From Candidatus Edwardsbacteria bacterium (lineage in GTDB: Bacteria; Edwardsbacteria; AC1; EtOH8): 64,000 nucleotides of DNA. Both the position numbers and the translations under genes were made by a program. Within the stretch, counting starts at the first letter, position 1. Every line of letters starts with the position of its first letter. The stretch spans positions 7,348 through 71,347 of the forward strand of contig JAGVNJ010000074.1 in the NCBI GenBank assembly GCA_020053305.1, written 5' to 3'. Shown here one piece after another: positions 10,772 through 19,012 of the stretch. The notes below the pieces were generated by a model. That model made no database searches. It was not told the origin of the DNA and saw only the letters and a program-made list of their open reading frames with translations.

Positions 10772-12001
10772 ATGGCTAATACAATCGTGGGTTTAGATCT
10801 GGGCACCACCAAGATCGCCTGCATAATCGCCGAGGTCGACAGGGATCAGCTTAAAATAGTAGGGGTGGGCACCTGCTCCTCGGAGGAGGGTCTGCGGCGG
10901 GGGGTGGTGGTCAACCTGGAGAAGACCGCCCGGTCCATAGAGAAGGCGGTCTCCGAGGCCGAGCTGATGGCCGGGGTCAAGATAAACTCGGTCTATGCCG
11001 GCATCGCCGGGGATCATATCCGCTCCATCAATTCGCGGGGGGTGATCGCGGTCTCCCGGGGGGGCAACGAGATCTCCCAGGCCGACGTGGACCGGGTGAT
11101 CGACGCCGCCCAGGCGGTGGCCATCCCCATGGATCGGGAGATCCTGCACGTGATTCCCCAGGGCTTCATCGTCGACGATCAGAAGGGCATCAAGGATCCC
11201 ATCGGAATGGCCGGGGTGCGGCTGGAGGTGGAGGTCCATATAGTCACCGGGGCGGTGGCCTCGGCCGAGAACATCTACAAAAGCATCAAACGGGCGGGGC
11301 TCAAGGTGGACGACCTGGTGCTGCAGCCGCTGGCCTCCAGCTATGCGGTGCTGACCCCGGACGAGAAGGCCCTGGGGGTGGCGCTGCTGGACATCGGGGG
11401 CGGGACCACCGACATCGCCATGTTTTTCGAGGATTCCATCCGCCACACCGCGGTGATAGGACTGGGCGGCAACAACCTGACCAGCGATATCGCCATCGGC
11501 CTCCGGACCCCCACCGATCAGGCCGAGAGCATCAAAAAGAAATACGGCTGCGCCACCCTGTCGCAGGTCAAGGAGGACGAGATGATCGGGGTGTTCGGGG
11601 TGGCCGGGCGCGAGGAGCGGGAGGTGTCCCGCCAGGTGCTGGCCCAGATAATCGAACCCCGGATGGAGGAGATATTCAGCCTGGCCAGCCGGGAGATCAA
11701 GCGCTCCGACTACGGCGAGATGCTGGGGGCCGGGGTGGTCCTGACCGGCGGGGCGGCCAAGCTTCCCGGGTGCGCCTCCCTGGCGGAGCAGGTGTTCAAC
11801 CAACCGGCCAGGGTGGGCGAGCCGCGCGGCATCAGCGGGGTGGTGGACCTGATCAAGGACCCGATGTACGCCACCGGGGTGGGGCTGGTGCTCTACGGCT
11901 ACGAGCGGAGGTTCAAGAATGACTCGATAGACGAGAGCAATCCCTTCGAATCGATCCTGAGCAAGATGAAGGGCTGGTTCGGCGACCTTTTCAACGGTTA
12001 A
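10772..12001 (+). CDS. ftsA: cell division protein FtsA
   Basis: Actin/Hsp70-fold ATPase motifs (VGLDLGTTKI, DIGGGTTD). An AGGAGG Shine-Dalgarno sits at 10757-10762. Confidence 0.9.
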   Translation: MANTIVGLDLGTTKIACIIAEVDRDQLKIVGVGTCSSEEGLRRGVVVNLEKTARSIEKAVSEAELMAGVKINSVYAGIAGDHIRSINSRGVIAVSRGGNEISQADVDRVIDAAQAVAIPMDREILHVIPQGFIVDDQKGIKDPIGMAGVRLEVEVHIVTGAVASAENIYKSIKRAGLKVDDLVLQPLASSYAVLTPDEKALGVALLDIGGGTTDIAMFFEDSIRHTAVIGLGGNNLTSDIAIGLRTPTDQAESIKKKYGCATLSQVKEDEMIGVFGVAGREEREVSRQVLAQIIEPRMEEIFSLASREIKRSDYGEMLGAGVVLTGGAAKLPGCASLAEQVFNQPARVGEPRGISGVVDLIKDPMYATGVGLVLYGYERRFKNDSIDESNPFESILSKMKGWFGDLFNG

Positions 12002-12056
12002 AATAAAATCATATATAATCCGTTATCAGGGAAAACGAAAATCAGGAGGTCCGATC

Positions 12057-13331
12057 ATGGCCGAGCAGATAAAACTTTTGGAACAGCAGATCGCCGAGGC
12101 GATCGCCGAGCCCTTGTACGGCATCATTCAGAACGAACCCAAGAAATCAAATAAAGGAGAAGAGAGTATGCTGGAATTCGAAGAGGATGTTATCAGCGAA
12201 CGCTGCAACATCAAGGTGGTGGGAGTGGGCGGCGGAGGCGGCAACGCCGTCAACCGGATGGTGGAGGCCGGCCTGAACGGGGTGGACTTCATCGCCGTCA
12301 ATACCGACCTGCAGGTGCTGAGGAAATCCCTGGCCGGCCAGAAACTGCAGATCGGGCACAAGCTGACCAGGGGCCTGGGATCGGGCGGCAATCCCGAGAT
12401 CGGGCGCCGGGCCTTCGAGGAGGACAAGGCCCGGGTGGCCGAGATGATCTCGGGCAGCGACATGCTGTTCATCACCGCCGGGATGGGCGGGGGCACCGGA
12501 ACCGGGGCCGCCCCGATGGTGGCCGATCTGGCCCGGGAGATGAACATCCTGACTGTGGCGGTGGTCACCAAGCCCTTCGAATGGGAGGGCCGCAAGAGGA
12601 TCCTGCAGTCCGAGGAGGGCATCCGGGACCTGAAGGAACGGGTGGACACCCTGATCGTCATCCCCAACCAGCGGGTGCTGTCAGTGGTGGGCAAACAGAC
12701 CAAGCTGACCGAATCTTTCCGAATCATAGACGACGTGCTGCTCAAGGCCACCCGCGGCATCTCCGACCTGATCACCGTTCCCGGACTGGTCAACGTGGAC
12801 TTCGCCGACGTCCGCGCGGTGATGCTGGAGCGGGGCGACGCCCTGATGGGGGTGGGAATCGGCACCGGCGAGAACCGCTCCATCACTGCGGCCGAGGAGG
12901 CCATCGCCAACACCCTGCTGGAGGGGGTTTCCATCAAGGGGGCCAAGGCCATTTTGCTGAACATCTCGGCCTCGGATGAGATGACTCTGACCGAGGTCAA
13001 CGAGGTGGCCTCGGTTATCCGCAGCGCGGCCGGCGAGGAGGCCAACCTGATCTTCGGAACGGTGATAGATCCCGAGGCCGGGGACAATATGAGCGTGACG
13101 GTGATAGCCACCGGCCTGGGCAACGGCGCACCCAAGATGGAGAAGGATCTTCCCGACAACAACCGGATAGATTTCCCCCAGTCCTTCCGCAAGGAGAACC
13201 TGGCTCCGGGGACCTTCCAGCGCAAGGAACAGCGCTCCAACATCCAGACCATTGTCACCAAAGGCCAGGTCAGCGCGGTAAAGCAGGACGATTTGGAGAT
13301 ACCCACCTACATGCGCCGCCTGATGGACTGA
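12057..13331 (+). CDS. ftsZ: cell division GTPase FtsZ
   Basis: Tubulin signature GGGTGTG, the NTDLQ motif and a C-terminal FtsA-binding peptide (DLEIPTYMRR). A Shine-Dalgarno lies at 12044-12049. An alternative ATG at 12168 is also preceded by GGAG. Confidence 0.95.
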   Translation: MAEQIKLLEQQIAEAIAEPLYGIIQNEPKKSNKGEESMLEFEEDVISERCNIKVVGVGGGGGNAVNRMVEAGLNGVDFIAVNTDLQVLRKSLAGQKLQIGHKLTRGLGSGGNPEIGRRAFEEDKARVAEMISGSDMLFITAGMGGGTGTGAAPMVADLAREMNILTVAVVTKPFEWEGRKRILQSEEGIRDLKERVDTLIVIPNQRVLSVVGKQTKLTESFRIIDDVLLKATRGISDLITVPGLVNVDFADVRAVMLERGDALMGVGIGTGENRSITAAEEAIANTLLEGVSIKGAKAILLNISASDEMTLTEVNEVASVIRSAAGEEANLIFGTVIDPEAGDNMSVTVIATGLGNGAPKMEKDLPDNNRIDFPQSFRKENLAPGTFQRKEQRSNIQTIVTKGQVSAVKQDDLEIPTYMRRLMD

Positions 13332-13424
13332 TCCCGGTTCACGGATAACGGATAATAGGGTAAAGATGTAATAATCCAGGGCTGTCTGCTATCTCTTCGG
13401 CAGACGGCCGGAAGTGGTTTGATC

Positions 13425-13515
13425 TCTTCTTTATTTGACCTCACCCCTCCGCCATTAGCAGGTGGTCCATATAGGCGGGCAAGCTGCCCCTCTTCTATTA
13501 AAACAGGAGAGGGGT
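13425..13515. repeat. gene-less copy of DUF559-module end (TTGACCTCACCCCT + CCCCTCT..AGAGGGG hairpin)
   Basis: The 14-mer TTGACCTCACCCCT is identical at 13425 and 53745. The hairpin CCCCTCT(14 nt)AGAGGGG at 13477-13504 matches those flanking the DUF559 genes. Confidence 0.5.
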
Positions 13516-13636
13516 TTTGTATGCCCGGTGGTTTGACCACCCCCGTCCCTCCCCGCAACGGAGAGGGCTTTTGTATTCCCTTCCCGAGGCGGGAAGAGGC
13601 AGGGGTTGGGTCCGTATCACCACGACCGCCAAACGA

Positions 13637-13664
13637 GTCATTCCTGTGCAAACAGGAATCCAGG
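13637..13664. repeat. dispersed hairpin GTCATTCC-N12-GGAATCCAGG (copy 1)
   Basis: GTCATTCCTGTGCAAACAGGAATCCAGG; a second copy is at 28649-28676. Confidence 0.5.
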
Positions 13665-13722
13665 CCTATATCATTGCCAATTTATAGGGGTGATTAGTGA
13701 GTCGCCCGTACCACCAATTACC

Positions 13723-13752
13723 GTAGGGACACGGCATGCCGTTCGTCCCTAC
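13723..13752. repeat. REP-like palindrome GTAGGGACACGGCATGCCGTTCGTCCCTAC
   Basis: 8-bp terminal arms GTAGGGAC/GTCCCTAC with an internal palindromic core ACGGCATGCCGT. Confidence 0.6.
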
Positions 13753-13921
13753 ATGCATGCCCGGCAGGTTTGACCGCCCCCCTCCCCATGGGGAAGTATT
13801 TTTATTTCCCCCTTGATCTCCCCAAAAATATTTAAAAAATCTTCATATGGGTCATTGACAAATTTTAATAAATTGTATTAGTATAATTACCTGGCAATGT
13901 CTATATCATACATCTGAATTT

Positions 13922-13949
13922 GCAGGGGCAGGATGCATACTGCCCCTGC
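13922..13949. repeat. REP-like palindrome GCAGGGGCAGGATGCATACTGCCCCTGC
   Basis: Near-perfect 28-nt palindrome centred on ATGCAT; a 37-nt near-identical copy lies inside the RAYT gene. Confidence 0.7.
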
Positions 13950-14026
13950 GGGTACAAAACATAGAAATCAAATTGTCATGTCCGTAAACAATTCCAAACA
14001 TAAACGTCGTTCTATCCGCCTGCCAA

Positions 14027-14076
14027 CCTCACCCATCTCCCTCTCCTAATGCTTTAGGAGAGGGAGATGGGTGAGG
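14027..14076. repeat. 50-nt perfect hairpin (23-bp stem) of the CCTCACCC..CCCTCTCC family, inserted at RAYT 5' end
   Basis: CCTCACCCATCTCCCTCTCCTAA-tgct-TTAGGAGAGGGAGATGGGTGAGG. A TAA inside the right arm terminates the in-frame upstream RAYT reading frame. Confidence 0.75.
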
Positions 14077-14148
14077 TAAGGGGCGTATTACATAACAATC
14101 TGCGCCCAAGACCGCAAATGTATATTTGGTGCAATCGCCGATGGGCGG

Positions 14149-14583
14149 ATGGTATTAAACCCATTCGGCGAAATTGCCCGAAACGAATGGGTTAAAACCG
14201 GCGAATTACGGCCCTATGTCATTCCGGATGTATTTGTGATTATGCCGAATCATATTCATGGAATATTGATAATAACCGATGATGACCATTGTAGGGGCAC
14301 GATGCATCGTGCCCCTACGGGTACGACCGAACGTTTTGGCAAACCTGTCGCCGGATCATTGCCGACCATCATCCGTTGTTACACCGCGGCGGTGACCCGC
14401 CAGATAAATAAATTGCGCAATACCCCGGGCCATAAAATATGGCAACGTAATTATTACGAACACATCATCCGCAACGATAAATCATACGATAAAATCAGAC
14501 AATACATCATGGAAAACCCGCTGTATTGGCCGCAGGATGAGGAAAATCCCAACCGAGCAATTCCTAAAAACGCCATATCATAA
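14149..14583 (+). CDS. REP-associated tyrosine transposase (RAYT / IS200-like HUH Y1), probably 5'-truncated
   Basis: HUH motif (IMPNHIHGILII) and a C-terminal catalytic Tyr region (NYYEHIIRNDKSYDKIRQYIMENPLYW). The first beta-strand (..AYYITICAQDRKCIFG) is encoded in-frame upstream of the ATG but is cut off by a stop inside an inserted 50-bp hairpin. Confidence 0.7.
   Translation: MVLNPFGEIARNEWVKTGELRPYVIPDVFVIMPNHIHGILIITDDDHCRGTMHRAPTGTTERFGKPVAGSLPTIIRCYTAAVTRQINKLRNTPGHKIWQRNYYEHIIRNDKSYDKIRQYIMENPLYWPQDEENPNRAIPKNAIS
14291..14318. repeat. perfect 28-nt REP-like palindrome GTAGGGGCACGATGCATCGTGCCCCTAC inside RAYT coding sequence
   Basis: Perfect palindrome. It is translated as ..HCRGTMHRAPTGT.. 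between the HUH and Tyr motifs. Confidence 0.75.
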
Positions 14584-14589
14584 CAGGTC

Positions 14590-15870
14590 GTGAAAACCTT
14601 AATATTCATAATATTTACGGTCCTTTCTCTTCCCACCTTAGCCGTTGCCTCCTTTGAAGAGATCCAGACCGATGCCCGGCTCTACGGCCTGGCCGGGGCC
14701 GGGGTAGCGCTATCCGATATGACCGGCAGCGACCTGTATAATCCGGCCCTTCCGGCTCTGGCAGGCGACCTCTCGGCCTCCAGCGGCAGTTCGATTCCCT
14801 TCGGCTTGATGGACCTGACGGCTTTCTCCGGCGCCTATGCCCATCGTAAAGATAAAATAGGTGTGGGCGCAATGCTGGCTACTATGGGCGGCCGTCTTTA
14901 CCGGGAAAATATTTTAAAAGGGGCCTTCTCCTGCCTCCTGATAGATGAAGCGGCGGTGGGAGTTTCCCTTAACTGCTATCAGCTGAACATCGAAAGGTAC
15001 GGCTCGGCGGCCGGAATGGGGCTGGACCTGGGATTGCTGGGCAAACCGGCAGAATGGCTGGCGCTGGGAATGAAGGCCGCAAACGTGAACCGGCCGACCA
15101 TCGGCCAAAATGGTGAGGAGATCTCGCAAAGCCTTTCGCTGGGCGGGGCGGTGGAGCCCTTGGATGAAATTACATTATCCTGGGAACTGTATTGCCAGCG
15201 GGATTGGCCCTGCCAGGTCCGCATCGGGCAGGAATACCGCTATCGTAATCTGTTAGTCCTTCGGGCCGGATTCTGCGATCGGCCCAATGCGTCCAGCCTG
15301 GGCTTCGGGGTGATCCATAGGAATTTAAGGCTGGATTATGCCGTCAGGACCCACCCCGATCTGGGGCTATCGCACTGCCTGAGCCTGAACTATATCACCC
15401 AGAGGATATTTGCCAGACCGGAGGAGGTCAGGATAGAGGAGGCCCCAACCGTAAAAATCCTCGAAAAGATAGACCCCAACAGCGCTTCGTTCGATGACCT
15501 CAGTCTTTTGCCGGGCATCGGGCCCCAATCGGCCGCGGATATCATCTCTTTTCGCGACAGCATCGGGCCGTTCAAATATCTAGATGACCTGGCCGAAGTC
15601 AAGGGAATCGGCCGGGCGATGCTGGAGAGAATGGCTCCGTATGTGACGCTGGAATACAAACCCTACATCCCGCTCATTATCAACATCAACCAGGCATCGG
15701 CCCGGGAATTGGCCGCCCTGCCGGGCATCGGGCCCAAAGCTGCCGGGGACATTGCCGCCTACCGCCAGGAGAACGGACCATTCCGGAACCTGGAGGATAT
15801 AATGAACGTCAAAGGCATCGGGCGGAGGACCTACGAAGCGATAAAGAATCTTATCACCATCGGGCCATGA
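14590..15870 (+). CDS. secreted/outer-membrane beta-barrel-like protein with two C-terminal ComEA-type helix-hairpin-helix DNA-binding motifs
   Basis: Signal peptide and a Gly/aromatic-rich N-terminal domain. Two HhH motifs (LLPGIGPQSAADIISFR...VKGIGRAMLERM and LPGIGPKAAGDIAAYR...VKGIGRRTYEAI) are typical of ComEA. Confidence 0.6.
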   Translation: MKTLIFIIFTVLSLPTLAVASFEEIQTDARLYGLAGAGVALSDMTGSDLYNPALPALAGDLSASSGSSIPFGLMDLTAFSGAYAHRKDKIGVGAMLATMGGRLYRENILKGAFSCLLIDEAAVGVSLNCYQLNIERYGSAAGMGLDLGLLGKPAEWLALGMKAANVNRPTIGQNGEEISQSLSLGGAVEPLDEITLSWELYCQRDWPCQVRIGQEYRYRNLLVLRAGFCDRPNASSLGFGVIHRNLRLDYAVRTHPDLGLSHCLSLNYITQRIFARPEEVRIEEAPTVKILEKIDPNSASFDDLSLLPGIGPQSAADIISFRDSIGPFKYLDDLAEVKGIGRAMLERMAPYVTLEYKPYIPLIININQASARELAALPGIGPKAAGDIAAYRQENGPFRNLEDIMNVKGIGRRTYEAIKNLITIGP

Positions 15871-17741
15871 ATAAATTCCTGAAGGGCCTGGCGATGCTGG
15901 CAATTTACTTGAATGCCGGGGCTCAGGAGATGCCCGACATCGAGGACGAGCAGGCTTCGCAGGACCTTGCCGAGCAGATGATCTATCTGCAGGAGCACCC
16001 GGTAAATCTCGATCATGCCGATCTTGAACAGCTGATGGCCATTCCGGCGATCACTCCCTATCAGGCCCTCCGTCTGGACCGATACTTAAAAAGCCATCCC
16101 AAATTGAGCGATCCGTTCATTCTGGTCAGGGATTCCATTTTGGACCTGCGGACCGTGGAATCCTTGCTGCCTTATATCTGCCTTGATTCCTATTCCCCGG
16201 CCCAAAGCGCCAAATTAAAGTTCTCCACCAGGCTGCAGCGAAAGTGGCCGGACGCCGAGGGCATTGCCGACGGCAGTTTTCACGGTTCGCCGCTGGAGAG
16301 CCACACCCGGATGCGGTTTCGCCCGGATAAAAACTGGGAGGTATTCGGACAATGCCAGCATGATGTGGGCGAGCCGGCCTGGAACGATTATTGTTCGGGC
16401 AATCTATGGTGGTCGGCTGGCGGGGGTAAGAGGCAAATAATACTTGGGGATTATCAGATGAGGATCGGGGAGGGGCTGCTGTTCGGCGGCAGCTCGCCCC
16501 GCATATTCTCCAGCCACTGGTCCGGCTCGGCCCGGATTGACGCGGCAGAGGTTCGCCCGTATTTTTCCTCTCATGAATACAGGGGTTTACGGGGGCTCTG
16601 CCTAAAATATCCATTAGGTGATAACCTAAACGTCATTGGTTTTGTCTCCCGGCGGCAGATGGATGCCAAAACAGATTCGCTGGGCCAGATAACCGGCATC
16701 TATGACGACGGATATCACCGCAGCGATGGGGAGCTGGAAAGGAAAAACAATTCGGCCGAAACCATCTTTGGCGGACGGGTGGGCCTAAGTGCCAACCGCT
16801 CCTGCGATATCGGGATAACCGGCTATAACCGGTCCTTTGATAAAACGACGGTCGAAGGGTTATATAACTCTTTCCTGATAAGCCTGGATGCCAGGACCGT
16901 AAGGGATAAAAACCGAGTCTCGCTTGAACTGGCCAAGGGAGAGGGGGCGGTCGGCGGGTATAGCGGGGAGATCGGTTTTATGGTGCGGGATTATGCCGGC
17001 CGAATCAATTTTTACGGATATTCCCCGGAATTCAAGCCCCCCCGCTTTAATTCGGACAATTATTTCGGCGGTGATGATGAAAAGGGGGTCACCATCGCCG
17101 GATCGTATCGGGCTCCGTTGGGCTTTGATATTTCGGCCATATATAACCAATTCCATCCCTGGCAGCCGTTTCCCATTTCATCCCAGGGTTATCGGGGTTT
17201 TCGCTACGAAGCCAGGCTGGATAAAAAAATATTCCAAGGTCTTCTGGCCGATCTTCGGATCAGATCCCTGCAGAAAGAATATTTTAACGATGGACAATCC
17301 GTCGATCCGTTACACCATACCTCGAACTTTACCCTCAAGACCGGGTTGCGTTGGCAATTGGCAAAAAATTACAGCGCCGGCAGCAGGTACCAAACATCCT
17401 TTTTCGGGGATTCCCGGTACGATGCCAAGAGCCGCGGCGAAATAATATCCTTAGCTGTAAAAGCCCAGCTGCCTAATGATCTCACAATCCAAATGCAATC
17501 GGTTTTTCATCACGCACCCAGTTACGATGCCAGACTCTACCTGGCGGAGCCGGAGCTTAGGTCCGGGGGGAGCTTTCACGGCTACTGGGGCCTGGGGCGG
17601 CGGGATGTTTTATTTTTGAGATATGCTTTGGGCCGTACCGGGGCTTTTTATCTGAAAATAGCCAGGCAGATAAGGGATTACCAGGGCCAGATTACTAAAA
17701 ACACTGAGCTGGGAATCGAACTGGAATTTTTGTTAAAATAG
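15867..17741 (+). CDS. helix-hairpin-helix domain protein with large predicted outer-membrane beta-barrel
   Basis: Signal-like N-terminus, then a ComEA-like HhH (VNLDHADLEQLMAIPAITPYQALRLDRY), then about 500 aa rich in Y/G/R alternating strands. It has a 4-nt overlap with the upstream gene. Confidence 0.55.
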   Translation: MNKFLKGLAMLAIYLNAGAQEMPDIEDEQASQDLAEQMIYLQEHPVNLDHADLEQLMAIPAITPYQALRLDRYLKSHPKLSDPFILVRDSILDLRTVESLLPYICLDSYSPAQSAKLKFSTRLQRKWPDAEGIADGSFHGSPLESHTRMRFRPDKNWEVFGQCQHDVGEPAWNDYCSGNLWWSAGGGKRQIILGDYQMRIGEGLLFGGSSPRIFSSHWSGSARIDAAEVRPYFSSHEYRGLRGLCLKYPLGDNLNVIGFVSRRQMDAKTDSLGQITGIYDDGYHRSDGELERKNNSAETIFGGRVGLSANRSCDIGITGYNRSFDKTTVEGLYNSFLISLDARTVRDKNRVSLELAKGEGAVGGYSGEIGFMVRDYAGRINFYGYSPEFKPPRFNSDNYFGGDDEKGVTIAGSYRAPLGFDISAIYNQFHPWQPFPISSQGYRGFRYEARLDKKIFQGLLADLRIRSLQKEYFNDGQSVDPLHHTSNFTLKTGLRWQLAKNYSAGSRYQTSFFGDSRYDAKSRGEIISLAVKAQLPNDLTIQMQSVFHHAPSYDARLYLAEPELRSGGSFHGYWGLGRRDVLFLRYALGRTGAFYLKIARQIRDYQGQITKNTELGIELEFLLK

Positions 17742-17796
17742 ATCCGATTTTATGTTATAATAACGCACTTAGTTAAAGACCGAAAGGGACCGGTTT

Positions 17797-18993
17797 ATGA
17801 CAGAAGACAGGAGACAAATAGAAGGCAAAGAGCATGAGCTGAGAGAGGCGGAGGCCAGGCTCGGTCCGAACAATCCCGAATTGCTTCCCTTGCTAAAAGA
17901 ACTAGCGGAAACCTATACCCACTGGGGAAGGTTTTCTTTGGCCGATCGCCTGTACCGCAAAGCCCTGAAGATAACCATCACGGAATCAGGCCCGGAGAGC
18001 CTGGAGGTTGCCTCTTGTTTTAATAATGTGGCCGTTTTGTGCAGCATTCAGGGGCGTTATTATGAGGCTCTGCCGTTTTATGAGAAATCCCTCAAGCTGA
18101 ATAAAAAACTGGCCGAACGCGATGTCTTGGCACAGGCCAGATTGATGGCCAATATCGGGACGGTCTACAAAATCCTGGGGCGGAACGCCCAGGCCGAGGA
18201 AATTTTGCTGAAAGCCAGGGAAATCTTCCAAAAGGAATCCGGCGGCAATAATCCAATGCTGGCGGGAATACTGATAAATCTGGCCGGGCTGTATCGCGAT
18301 CTGAACCGTCTGCCGGCGGCCGAGTCCCTATGTAATACCACCATCGAGATGTCATTGAATGCCTACGGCCCCGAGCATCCACAAATAGCCTTATGTTATA
18401 ATAACCTGGCCGAGGTTTACGCGGCCCAGGGAAGGATGAACGAGGCCGAGGAGCTGTATCTGAAAGCCATAGAAATCAAGGAAAAGGTACAGGGCCCTGA
18501 GCATCCGGAGATCGCAATGTATCTCAACAACCTGGGCGACCTCTACCGATCGCAGCAAAAATTTATGGAGGCCGAAACCATCTACCGCCGGGCTTTGGAG
18601 ATAGACGAGATCCATTTGCCCCAGGAAAGCCCGACCATGGCCACCACCTATAAAAACCTGGCCACCCTTTCTTCGGTCCAGGGTTATTATGATAAAGCCG
18701 AGGCCTATTATCTCCGGGCCATCTCCATTTATGAACGCACTTTGGGGCCGGATCATCCCGAGGTGGCGGAGCCCCTGGTTCGGCTGGCGGAGTTGATGCA
18801 CGGGCAGGGCCGGAACAACGAGGCCGAGGCCCTGTGCTACCGTTCGATGGCCATCTGGCAGAAGGGGTATGGGCCCAAACACATCAAGGTGGGGGAGATG
18901 CTGAAGATGCTGTCCAAATTGTGCTTTGCCCAGGAAAAGATGTCCGAGGGAGAGGCGTTTTTAAAGCAGGCCTTTGAGATAAAAACAAACTAA
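17797..18993 (+). CDS. tetratricopeptide (TPR_10/TPR_12-like) repeat protein
   Basis: At least eight tandem 42-aa repeats of the form ..A.CYNNLA.VY..QGRY.EAE.LY.KALEI. Confidence 0.8.
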   Translation: MTEDRRQIEGKEHELREAEARLGPNNPELLPLLKELAETYTHWGRFSLADRLYRKALKITITESGPESLEVASCFNNVAVLCSIQGRYYEALPFYEKSLKLNKKLAERDVLAQARLMANIGTVYKILGRNAQAEEILLKAREIFQKESGGNNPMLAGILINLAGLYRDLNRLPAAESLCNTTIEMSLNAYGPEHPQIALCYNNLAEVYAAQGRMNEAEELYLKAIEIKEKVQGPEHPEIAMYLNNLGDLYRSQQKFMEAETIYRRALEIDEIHLPQESPTMATTYKNLATLSSVQGYYDKAEAYYLRAISIYERTLGPDHPEVAEPLVRLAELMHGQGRNNEAEALCYRSMAIWQKGYGPKHIKVGEMLKMLSKLCFAQEKMSEGEAFLKQAFEIKTN

Positions 18994-19012
18994 AGCTTTT
19001 AAGGAGGTTCCC

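Noticed and set aside
186-13306. Long antisense ORFs overlapping dcw genes (e.g. 186-812 -, 975-1583 -, 1784-2554 -, 3227-4162 -, 8375-9034 -, 10793-11803 -, 12128-13306 -)
   Set aside because: These are typical high-GC shadow ORFs opposite strongly supported, motif-bearing genes. Their products are low-complexity and Arg/Pro/Gly-rich.
13420-13660. Possible CRISPR array (recurring short motifs)
   Set aside because: The repeats are irregular in length and spacing and are themselves palindromic hairpins of different families. There are no uniform repeat/spacer units and no cas genes.
13307-13697. Two overlapping ORFs (13307-13651 -, 13419-13697 +) in the post-ftsZ spacer
   Set aside because: They are composed of hairpin or repeat DNA with no Shine-Dalgarno and low-complexity products. 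More likely they are repeat artefacts than genes.
13332-14148. tRNA/rRNA genes in intergenic spacers
   Set aside because: No T-loop (GTTCGAATC-like) or cloverleaf-compatible arms were recognised by eye in any spacer. This cannot be excluded without a covariance-model search.
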